From positions 960,001-1,024,000 of the forward strand of contig CAXXMD010000002.1 of NCBI GenBank assembly GCA_963675755.2: DNA of 64,000 nucleotides, in the 5' to 3' direction. The notes under the pieces were generated by a model. The model did no database searches, was not told the origin of the DNA, and saw nothing but the letters and a program-made list of their open reading frames with translations. The stretch's first letter is position 1, and every line of letters begins with the position of its first letter. Below, in pieces: positions 20,723-29,228 of the stretch. The DNA is from a bacterium. GTDB lineage: Bacteria; Zhuqueibacterota; Zhuqueibacteria; Residuimicrobiales; Krinioviventaceae. Both the position numbers and the translations under genes were made by a program.

Positions 20723-22876
20723 TTAATTTGATGACAATTCATACAAACACATTGCCAGTAATACGGTTCTTTCAAACAGGCTGTGCTTTAAAATATACTC
20801 TGATTTATGTGTAGGTTTAACACCAGCTGGACCTAGTCCGTCTATCATCGATTTACCGGAATCTACAAAGCAAATATCCGCGGAACTCCATCTATGCTCT
20901 TTTAGCATTCGAATATCCAGATCACTTGAAATAGATTTTATTATATTCCATAACGCTTCAACCTGAGGAGTTTGCATCATAGGCGGACGACGTTCTCCAC
21001 CCTCAAGTTGGAAATAAAAATCCTTTTTATATTTAGTGGGGATTAATTTCTTGATCTGTTCATCTGTCTTAACAAACTGTTCATGATTTTGAAATCGAAC
21101 ACTCAGAGTTACCTGCCCGTGGCTGTATGGCTCTGTAATATTGGTTTCAAAACTCATATGATGAGGAGCAATCACAAGCCCCTCGTCAGGTCGCGAAAGC
21201 TCGGTCCATTTTTGTACTAAACGGGTAAATACACGTGTTGCCTGAACAACTTTGTCAGTTGAATCTGTATGTTTCAAATTCATATGGCAAGAATATACAG
21301 CTGCACCAGACCTTGATGTTACAACTCCACCATTCAAAAATGCACCGTGAATTCCTAAAACATTCATAGCTTGTTGAGATTTTTCCATAACAAGCTTTCT
21401 GGCAAACCGTCCTTGCAGAGAATCATCACTGGTAAGCAGAATACCAATTTTCAGGTTTCGCAACTTTCTAACAAAACGCAAGGCTTGTAATGCACCTATC
21501 ATTACAGCCAGGCCTCCTTTATGTTCCCAGATTCCTGTACCAAAAAGTTTGTGCTCAGTTGCATGAAAAAATTGTTGTCCTGCTAAAGCAGTAGCATTAT
21601 CCAAATTTCCCAGTAATAAAACATCATAATTATCATGTTCCGTATTACTGAAAAACAAACAATTCCCAACTTCTATATGGGATATTGTTTGCTGTTTAAA
21701 ACCCAATTGTAATAAAGATTTGGCTGTTATTTGCCCTAACGAGTTTACGCCCTCAACATTACGAACAAAAGAATTGGTATTGATCATTTGTTTTAACAGG
21801 GTTTCAAGTTGAGTTTGCCGAGAGCGTACAAATCCCATAACGCGTACAGGTACGGGGATTTTCTTTTTTGTAATATTACCGTTGTTGGTAATTTGTGATG
21901 TTGCAAAGTATCTGACTGTTGCTACATCCAACATTTTATTAACCAAAGCACTAAAATCATAACCTGCTACATTGGCAGCATGCACATATGAACCCGACAT
22001 ACCAAGACTGGCCATGGAATTTATTTCAAGCAAATAAATATTGTTATTTTGATCTAATCGGATATCAACTCTTGAAAAATCACGAAGATGCAGAGATTGG
22101 AAAGCTTTTCTACTAAGGGATTGCATTTCGTGGGCAAGCTCGGGATCAATATCTGCCGGACAAATTTTATTTTTGGGACGCCGGAGCTTGTCTTCTGCCA
22201 GTTGTATTGCATCAGGATCATTATCCAGATCTATTTCAAGAACCGGAAAAGTTTCTACAGGATTGTTTCCCAACAGGCCTACTGCAAATTCCCTTCCCCG
22301 TATAAATTGTTCAACAAGAGCCTGCTGCTGAAATTCTTCGAGGATAAATGATACTGCTTCTCTTAAATCATCTTCATTATCCACAACTTTGAGACCAAAA
22401 GAAACCGATTCCATCTTGGGCTTGACAATAACCGGATATATAACATCTGACATGTCTTCTTCTGGAGACGAATATACCCAAAAATTGGGGGTTGGAAGTC
22501 CGTGCTTTTGCATAATGATCTTGGTAATAACTTTGTCCAAGGCAAGCGCATGTCCTGAAGGACTTGAACCTACATATGGAATTCCAAGCATTTCCAACAT
22601 TGACGGTATATGTGTATAACGACTTTCGCCTTGAATTCCATACGCCATATTAAAGACCATGCCCATTCTTTCCCCTTCAACAACTTTGGGCATAAATTCT
22701 TGAATTGCTTCTACTACATGCATATTTCCATCTATAATGCAGACATTATGTCCCCCAGCTTCAAGGCATGAAGCAACTTTTTTAACAACCTTTTGGTTAT
22801 ACACTTCTTTATTTTGCATACCAAAGGTATTAATAACCCCGCTTAAATCTTTGTTATAAACCAGTGCTACTTTCAA
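20723..22876 (-). CDS. Fusion: D-Ala-D-Ala-ligase-like ATP-grasp domain + degenerate M20 (carboxypeptidase G2-like) domain
   Basis: TTG start with AGGAG; PYVGS, LDKVITK, VKP, EQFIRGREFAVG, RVDIRL, LEINS; C-terminal half LLLGNLD, GIWEHKGG, TSRSG, IDGLGPAG. Confidence 0.85.
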   Translation of the reverse strand: MKVALVYNKDLSGVINTFGMQNKEVYNQKVVKKVASCLEAGGHNVCIIDGNMHVVEAIQEFMPKVVEGERMGMVFNMAYGIQGESRYTHIPSMLEMLGIPYVGSSPSGHALALDKVITKIIMQKHGLPTPNFWVYSSPEEDMSDVIYPVIVKPKMESVSFGLKVVDNEDDLREAVSFILEEFQQQALVEQFIRGREFAVGLLGNNPVETFPVLEIDLDNDPDAIQLAEDKLRRPKNKICPADIDPELAHEMQSLSRKAFQSLHLRDFSRVDIRLDQNNNIYLLEINSMASLGMSGSYVHAANVAGYDFSALVNKMLDVATVRYFATSQITNNGNITKKKIPVPVRVMGFVRSRQTQLETLLKQMINTNSFVRNVEGVNSLGQITAKSLLQLGFKQQTISHIEVGNCLFFSNTEHDNYDVLLLGNLDNATALAGQQFFHATEHKLFGTGIWEHKGGLAVMIGALQALRFVRKLRNLKIGILLTSDDSLQGRFARKLVMEKSQQAMNVLGIHGAFLNGGVVTSRSGAAVYSCHMNLKHTDSTDKVVQATRVFTRLVQKWTELSRPDEGLVIAPHHMSFETNITEPYSHGQVTLSVRFQNHEQFVKTDEQIKKLIPTKYKKDFYFQLEGGERRPPMMQTPQVEALWNIIKSISSDLDIRMLKEHRWSSADICFVDSGKSMIDGLGPAGVKPTHKSEYILKHSLFERTVLLAMCLYELSSN

Positions 22877-22961
22877 AATATCTCCTGTTAAAAAGCACAG
22901 AATTTAAACAAAAAATTCTATAATAAAAACTGAAAAGAACCTTTATTAAATATAATATTAA

Positions 22962-23519
22962 TCAAGCTGTTAAATGCTCAATCAGAATTTTAACACCAAT
23001 AATAATTAATATCAAACCACCTAAAAACTCTATACGGCTGCCAAACAAACAGCCACAGGCTTTACCCAGATATACACCCAATATGGATAAAACAAAAGTT
23101 ACGGAACCAATTATTATAACAGAGGGAAACAATGGGATATTCACAAAAGCAAAACTAAAACCAACCGCTAAAGCATCTATACTTGTGGCAATGGCAAGCC
23201 CGAATAGTAACCTGGTATTAAAAGGATTTCTGGGGCGTTCAGTTGGAGGCTCAAAAGATTCTTTGATCATTTTTAAGCCTATAACAAGTAACATTAAAAA
23301 TGCTACCCAATGATCATATTTTTCAATATAATCAGCAATATGAATACCTGCAGCCCATCCAAGAATCGGCATTCCCGCTTGAAATATACCAAAAAACAAA
23401 GCAAGTTTTAAAGCGTTGCTGACTTTGATCTTTCCTGATTGTAAACCGCTGCTAAGCGAAACTGCAAAAGCATCCATTGCCAGACCAAAAGCGGTTCCAA
23501 AAATAATAACCAGATTCAA
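22962..23519 (-). CDS. mntP: Manganese efflux pump MntP
   Basis: GLAMDAFAVS and AIATSIDALAVG duplicated motifs, DHWVAF; TTG 23519 has a GAGG RBS. Confidence 0.92.
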   Translation of the reverse strand: MNLVIIFGTAFGLAMDAFAVSLSSGLQSGKIKVSNALKLALFFGIFQAGMPILGWAAGIHIADYIEKYDHWVAFLMLLVIGLKMIKESFEPPTERPRNPFNTRLLFGLAIATSIDALAVGFSFAFVNIPLFPSVIIIGSVTFVLSILGVYLGKACGCLFGSRIEFLGGLILIIIGVKILIEHLTA

Positions 23520-23669
23520 TAAAAACCTCAAATAACGAATACATCACTTGATGTATATAACATAAATGATGCCAAAATTTTTATATCAATTTTAATAATA
23601 TACAAATTAATTGTAAAATATTCAAATACTTGTACATCAAGAAACAATAGAAAATTGATCCAAAATCAA

Positions 23670-24884
23670 TCAAGGTAGCTGGTAAATTTCTTCATTTTTA
23701 TCTATACAAATCATTGCCTGAATTAATGCATTTGTATTTTCAATGGTTATAGGATTACCAGATCTATAATTACGCATACGGCAACCGGTAAGACTAATTG
23801 TAAGTTTTTGATCTCCTCGAACTAACATAAAATCCTGTGATATATCAAGCGTTGTTAATGCAGCATTCCCGCCCGAAAAAGCCTCAACATTCGAGATCGA
23901 TGTATGGCCTTGGCCCTCAATTATAAACGGATGGATATCTGTAATCGCTTTACCGGTATTGGCTATAATAGAACCCTGTGCAATCTGCCAATTTCGATTT
24001 TTTGTATTATCTCCCAGCTTTTGTATGCCTACAGTAACACAATCAAAGTTGAAATTTGTTAATTGACCATATGTAGATGCGCCAAGAAAAGCACCGCCAA
24101 AAGTACCAAAAGTAAACACATCAATCATTTGAGCGTTATCAGTATGATCTATTGCATATGCAAAAGTATTATTAGCCACAACAGCATCAATTACTGAAAC
24201 AGAATATTGACCATCGATGAACCTTCGATTTGCAGGATTTATATGGCAATGCAGTAACCGGGGAATGTCATAGCAATAATTAATACGGATAAATTCTCCA
24301 CTGAGAGGGTAGCCATAACAATGTTCAAATAAAATCTGTTCACAAGGATTTTGGTGTGATGCGTTAAAATCCATAGCTATATATTCACCATAAAAGGTAA
24401 GACATGAAAGTGTAACTCCTTGTGCAGGGACAGATTGTGAGACCTGTATTGTTGGAGGATACGCTATAATTTTTTCAGGTTCACTCAATGTTTGTTCAGG
24501 ATACCAGAATTGAATACCCCGAATTTGTGTAGCAGATTCTACAGTAATAAAAACCTTATCACGGTCTGTTATACTAAATACACTTCCTACTGGTTGCTGC
24601 TTGTCCGGATGACGGGTTCCCCTGCCAACAGGTCCGTGAACTCCAATCAAAGAAACATTTTTACGTAAAATAATCCCCCCTTCAATGGGATAAGGATTTT
24701 CACATGGCTCAACATATAAAGCCGCACCGGTAGTTGTTGCCCAATCTATGGCTTTTTGCAGATTGATTTTATTTTCTCTGGCAGAATTTTCAGGGAGTAC
24801 ATTAAATTCCTGAATACTTTTTGCATGTATACTAGCAAACATAACAAACATGAAAATAAAAATATTTACTTGAAATCGTTTCAT
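23670..24884 (-). CDS. Secreted right-handed beta-helix (pectate-lyase-3/GH55-like) protein
   Basis: Signal peptide; NKINLQKAID...LYVEP...YPIEGGIILRKNVSLIG cap typical of beta-helix carbohydrate enzymes. Confidence 0.6.
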   Translation of the reverse strand: MKRFQVNIFIFMFVMFASIHAKSIQEFNVLPENSARENKINLQKAIDWATTTGAALYVEPCENPYPIEGGIILRKNVSLIGVHGPVGRGTRHPDKQQPVGSVFSITDRDKVFITVESATQIRGIQFWYPEQTLSEPEKIIAYPPTIQVSQSVPAQGVTLSCLTFYGEYIAMDFNASHQNPCEQILFEHCYGYPLSGEFIRINYCYDIPRLLHCHINPANRRFIDGQYSVSVIDAVVANNTFAYAIDHTDNAQMIDVFTFGTFGGAFLGASTYGQLTNFNFDCVTVGIQKLGDNTKNRNWQIAQGSIIANTGKAITDIHPFIIEGQGHTSISNVEAFSGGNAALTTLDISQDFMLVRGDQKLTISLTGCRMRNYRSGNPITIENTNALIQAMICIDKNEEIYQLP

Positions 24885-25081
24885 AAAATAATCCTTTCCC
24901 TTGATTTAGATTTAATTTAAATAAAAAATTGTATTTTGCAAGAATCAATACATGTTTATATTTTCAAGCGATAAATGACTCTATCTTGATAGATATCTTG
25001 AAAATACCTATTTTTACCTTGCGAATTGTTTAAAAATTTTTAATATACAATAACAATCAATCATAAACCATGGAGAGCAGG

Positions 25082-25774
25082 ATGAAGCGTATATTTTTGT
25101 ATGCTGCAATTTTAATCGCAAGTTTATTTGTTCTGGTATCATGTCAACAAAAAGCTGCCGAGCAGCTTGAATCACAAACCATTCAATTATTTAATGGTCA
25201 AAATCTGGACGGATGGTATACAAATTTAAAAGAAAAAGGATTGAAAAACGATCCTGAAGGTATTTTCACAGTTGTTGATGGTATGATCCGTATTCAGGGA
25301 AGTGAATTTGGTTATATCTGTACTGAAAAAGAATACGAAAACTATAAAGTGACCATTGAATACAAATGGGGCGATGAAAAATTCACTCCCGATGAAAAAC
25401 CACACAATAGCGGTTTGTTATACAATTTTAGTGCTGACAGTACAGATAAAGTATGGCCGTATTGTTACGAATGTCAGTTAATGACCGGCAGTGTTGGTGA
25501 TTTTATTTTAATGGGTCCCCCAATTGTTGTTAATGGTGAACAAGGATCGTATCCTGATAACCGTAAATTTGTAAAATCAGAAAACGCAGAAAAACCTATT
25601 GGAGAATGGAACACTGTACAGGTTATTGCTGAGGGAAATACTGCAACCCATATCGTAAATGGTGTCAAAGTCAATTACGGCACTGAGGCAGCTTCCTCAA
25701 AAGGTAAAATCTTGATACAATCTGAAGGCGCTGAATTGTTTGTACGTAAAGTTGAATTGGAATTGTTGAAATAA
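25082..25774 (+). CDS. DUF1080 (3-keto-disaccharide hydrolase-like) lipoprotein
   Basis: Lipobox VLVSC; LFNGQNLDGW, HNSGLLY, YECQL, GEWNTV, ILIQSEGAE; ATG 25082 follows GGAG. Confidence 0.88.
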   Translation: MKRIFLYAAILIASLFVLVSCQQKAAEQLESQTIQLFNGQNLDGWYTNLKEKGLKNDPEGIFTVVDGMIRIQGSEFGYICTEKEYENYKVTIEYKWGDEKFTPDEKPHNSGLLYNFSADSTDKVWPYCYECQLMTGSVGDFILMGPPIVVNGEQGSYPDNRKFVKSENAEKPIGEWNTVQVIAEGNTATHIVNGVKVNYGTEAASSKGKILIQSEGAELFVRKVELELLK

Positions 25775-25782
25775 ATTTATAC

Positions 25783-25814
25783 TCCTGAATTCCGAAATAT
25801 TTCGGAATTCAGGA
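25783..25814. repeat. Perfect 32-bp palindrome
   Basis: TCCTGAATTCCGAAATATTTCGGAATTCAGGA equals its own reverse complement. Confidence 0.9.
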
Positions 25815-25854
25815 TCTCCTCCCCCTCTTATTTTCCCCAAATACAAAAATGTAC

Positions 25855-25883
25855 TTGATTATAATAGACGATTGGTCTATATT
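25855..25883 (+). promoter_or_regulatory. Sigma70 promoter with TetR (NemR-like) operator in the spacer
   Basis: TTGATT-N17-TATATT; inverted repeat ATAGAC-GATTG-GTCTAT at 25864-25880. Confidence 0.65.
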
Positions 25884-25906
25884 CCTTAAAAACGCAAAGG
25901 GTGTGA

Positions 25907-26485
25907 ATGAAAAAAAACACTAAAAGCCGTATTCTGGAAAAAGGTTCTGAAATTATCAAATTAAAGGGGTTTCATCATACAGGGATACAGGAAATCCTGA
26001 ACGCTGCGGGTATTCCCAAAGGATCATTCTATTTCTATTTCAAAAATAAGGAAGAATTTGGGCTAGAATTGGTTGAATACTTTTCAAAGGATTTTATTAC
26101 TCAGGCTGATCATTTTCTGACCCAAAAAGACGGAACCTATATAGATCGTCTACATCAATTCTTTAATCATTATTATGAAAAATATAGATCCATCAATTAT
26201 GTTGGTGGCTGCCCCATTGGTAACCTTGCACAGGAAATGGGTGATACAAACATCCGGTTTAGAGTGAAACTGAACGATATAATGAACCAGATGAAAGATA
26301 AAATTGAACTTTTTTTACAACACGCGCAACAGGATAAAGAGATCAGCGCGGATATAAATATCACAAAGATGTCTGAATTTATATTCAATAGTTGGCAGGG
26401 AACGCTTCTTCGCTCAAAAATTACAAAGAACAAAGAACCTTTGCAGTTTTTCGATGAAATTGTATTTAATACCTTGTTAAAATAA
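25907..26485 (+). CDS. TetR/AcrR-family regulator (NemR/YxaF-like)
   Basis: GFHHTGIQEILNAAGIPKGSFYFYFKNKEEF HTH; GCPIGNLAQE; NSWQG. Confidence 0.92.
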   Translation: MKKNTKSRILEKGSEIIKLKGFHHTGIQEILNAAGIPKGSFYFYFKNKEEFGLELVEYFSKDFITQADHFLTQKDGTYIDRLHQFFNHYYEKYRSINYVGGCPIGNLAQEMGDTNIRFRVKLNDIMNQMKDKIELFLQHAQQDKEISADINITKMSEFIFNSWQGTLLRSKITKNKEPLQFFDEIVFNTLLK

Positions 26486-26509
26486 TTCAAGCATAAAAGG
26501 GGAACACTC

Positions 26510-28465
26510 ATGAAGTTATGTAAAACCAATTTATTATTATTAATCATTTTGTTGGTTTCAATTCTACCTGTACATGCTCAAGAAATCGATCGCAGAGAAG
26601 TTGGAAATCTGGTTATTGAGGGTATTCCTGAAATTCCGGATTATGTTAAAGAAAGAATGCTGCAATACCAAAATGTCAGATCCGCAGCAGTTAGAGATTG
26701 GTTAAATGACGGTAACGGCTTGTTAATCTCGACACGTTTTGGTGAAACCAATCAACTGCACAAGATCATGAAACCCGGTGGAGCGCGTCAGCAAATCACC
26801 TTTTTTGACGAACCTATCAGCGGTGCAAAAATGCAACCGGGTGTCGACAAAAATGCTCTTGTTTTTGGCAAAGATATTGGCGGCAGCGAATTCTACCAAC
26901 TATTTTACTTTGATATGGTAACCGGAAAAAACAAAATGTTGACCGATGGTAAATCCAGAAACGGTATGGCATTGTGGAGTAACAAAGGTGATCAATTTGC
27001 ATTTGCAAGTACAATGCGAAATGGTAAAGACTATGACATTTACACAATGGACCCGTTAACCAATGAATCTACAAAATGTATCCTTGAAAAAGGTGGCGTA
27101 TGGTTTCCTGTTGACTGGTCAAAAGATGATTCTCAACTTTTGGTATTAAACTATATATCCATAAATGAATCATATTACTATATTCTCAACATAGAGTCGG
27201 GAAATCTTGAACAAATAAATCCTTCCAAAGAACAAATTTCTTATGGCAGTGCCGAATGGAGCAAAATCAGTAATGGAATTTATATTACAAGTGATAAAGA
27301 AAGTGAATTTACACGATTATGGTATTACGATATAGCTAAAAAAACATTAACAAACCTGACCAAAGATATCAATTGGGATATTGAAGGGTTTAAAATCTCT
27401 CCCAATGGAGAACTGTTAGCATTTGTAAGCAATGAAGATGGTAATTCTAAACTTTATCTACTGGACACGAAAACACAAAAATACAAATCGGTTCCCGGAA
27501 TTCCTCCTTGTGGTATGGGAGGTTTGATTTTTGATCCTTCCGGGAAACGACTAGCCTTAACTCTAAATACTGCACAAACGCCATCTGATGTATTTGTAAT
27601 GGATGTTGAAACGCTTGAACTGGAACAGTGGACATTCAGTGAAGTTGGAGGCCTCAACACAGATACATTTATCAAACCTGAACTGATACATTATCCAACT
27701 TTTGACAAAGTTGATGGTAAACAACGTGAAATCCCTGCATTTTTCTACAAACCAGAAAACGCAACCGGTCCCCTGCCTGTAGTGATCTATATCCACGGCG
27801 GACCTGAAAGTCAATATACCCCCTATTTCTCTTCAACGTTTCAATATTGGATCAATGAACTGGGAGTAGCCATTATAGCACCTAATGTTCGGGGTTCAGC
27901 CGGTTATGGTAAATCCTATTTGAAACTGGATAATGGGTTTAACCGTGAAAAATCCGTACAGGATATTGGAAGCCTGCTTGATTGGATCGAAAAACAACCC
28001 GAACTGGATGCCTCACGCATAGCGGTTTATGGGGGTTCCTATGGCGGTTATATGGTGTTGGCATCCATGTTTCATTTCAACGACAGGTTAAAATGTGGTG
28101 TTGATGTAGTAGGCATAAGCAACTTTGTGACGTTTCTAAAAAACACACAGGAATACAGACGCGATCTGCGAAGAGCAGAATATGGTGATGAAAGAGATGA
28201 AAAAATGCATGATTATCTGGAAAGCATATCTCCTACAAATCACGTTGAAAAAATTCAAAAGCCCTTGTTGGTTGTTCAAGGCTTTAATGATCCGCGTGTG
28301 CCGGTTACCGAATCAGAACAAATGGTTGAAAAAATCAGAGCGAATGGCGGCACAGTTTGGTATTTGATGGCCAAAGACGAGGGTCATGGATTCAAGAAAA
28401 AAACAAACAGTGACTATTATAGAAATTCGGTTATTTTATTTTTAGAAGAATTTTTATTAAAATAA
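26510..28465 (+). CDS. S9-family peptidase (beta-propeller + alpha/beta hydrolase), exported
   Basis: Signal peptide; IHGGPE, PNVRGS, GGSYGG (Ser), NDPRVP (Asp), DEGHGF (His). Confidence 0.93.
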   Translation: MKLCKTNLLLLIILLVSILPVHAQEIDRREVGNLVIEGIPEIPDYVKERMLQYQNVRSAAVRDWLNDGNGLLISTRFGETNQLHKIMKPGGARQQITFFDEPISGAKMQPGVDKNALVFGKDIGGSEFYQLFYFDMVTGKNKMLTDGKSRNGMALWSNKGDQFAFASTMRNGKDYDIYTMDPLTNESTKCILEKGGVWFPVDWSKDDSQLLVLNYISINESYYYILNIESGNLEQINPSKEQISYGSAEWSKISNGIYITSDKESEFTRLWYYDIAKKTLTNLTKDINWDIEGFKISPNGELLAFVSNEDGNSKLYLLDTKTQKYKSVPGIPPCGMGGLIFDPSGKRLALTLNTAQTPSDVFVMDVETLELEQWTFSEVGGLNTDTFIKPELIHYPTFDKVDGKQREIPAFFYKPENATGPLPVVIYIHGGPESQYTPYFSSTFQYWINELGVAIIAPNVRGSAGYGKSYLKLDNGFNREKSVQDIGSLLDWIEKQPELDASRIAVYGGSYGGYMVLASMFHFNDRLKCGVDVVGISNFVTFLKNTQEYRRDLRRAEYGDERDEKMHDYLESISPTNHVEKIQKPLLVVQGFNDPRVPVTESEQMVEKIRANGGTVWYLMAKDEGHGFKKKTNSDYYRNSVILFLEEFLLK

Positions 28466-28579
28466 GATAATGAATGTGTTAGACATTCGTCAAATCTCAC
28501 TTTTTGTACAAAAATATGGAATTCCTGAACATGAATTTTGTTGTAATATGCTTACACAAGAACATTCAGGAGATTTGTA

Positions 28580-29137
28580 ATGTCTAACACACCATCATCC
28601 ATGGTGCCATTGGGAAGTGTTGCACCAGAATTTAATTTAATAGATACCGTTAGTGATAAACAATACAGTCTGCAAGATTTGAAATCCGATAAAGCTACAG
28701 TTATCATGTTCATTTGTAATCACTGTCCGTTTGTCAAACATGTTGAAAACAGACTTGTTGAACTGAGTGAAGAATATATAGCAAAAGGTATTTCCTTTAT
28801 CGCAATCAGTTCAAATGATGCAGATACGTACCCTGATGACGCACCGCATTTAATGAAACAGAATGCAATATTTCAGGGATACCCATTTCCTTATTTATAT
28901 GACGAATCTCAATCAGTTGCCAAAGCTTACCAGGCTGCTTGCACACCTGACTTTTTTGTTTATGACAAAGACTTGAAACTGGTTTATAGAGGACAAATGG
29001 ATGATTCTCGACCTAAAAGTGATATTCCGGTAACAGGCAAAGACCTTACTGATGCTCTTGAAAACATACTTGCAGATGAACCGGTTAATAACGATCAAAA
29101 ACCAAGTATGGGCTGCAATATAAAATGGAAAACATGA
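28580..29137 (+). CDS. Thioredoxin-like (AhpC/TSA/redoxin family) protein
   Basis: FICNHCPFV, AACTPDFF, YRGQMDD, SMGCNIKW. Confidence 0.9.
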   Translation: MSNTPSSMVPLGSVAPEFNLIDTVSDKQYSLQDLKSDKATVIMFICNHCPFVKHVENRLVELSEEYIAKGISFIAISSNDADTYPDDAPHLMKQNAIFQGYPFPYLYDESQSVAKAYQAACTPDFFVYDKDLKLVYRGQMDDSRPKSDIPVTGKDLTDALENILADEPVNNDQKPSMGCNIKWKT

Positions 29138-29228
29138 TGCTTTTATCATGATTGCCTGCTGAACAAGGAAATTAGGATATCAAAATAAAAAAGAAATAAA
29201 TTTTCACTAGAATATAAAGGGCTGTCTA

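Noticed and set aside
20723-22876. Housekeeping ddl
   Set aside because: Omega-loop and EVNTxPG motifs altered, fused to an M20 domain, no dcw context
23520-23669. yybP-ykoY Mn riboswitch upstream of mntP
   Set aside because: No GC-rich four-way junction or recognisable conserved loops
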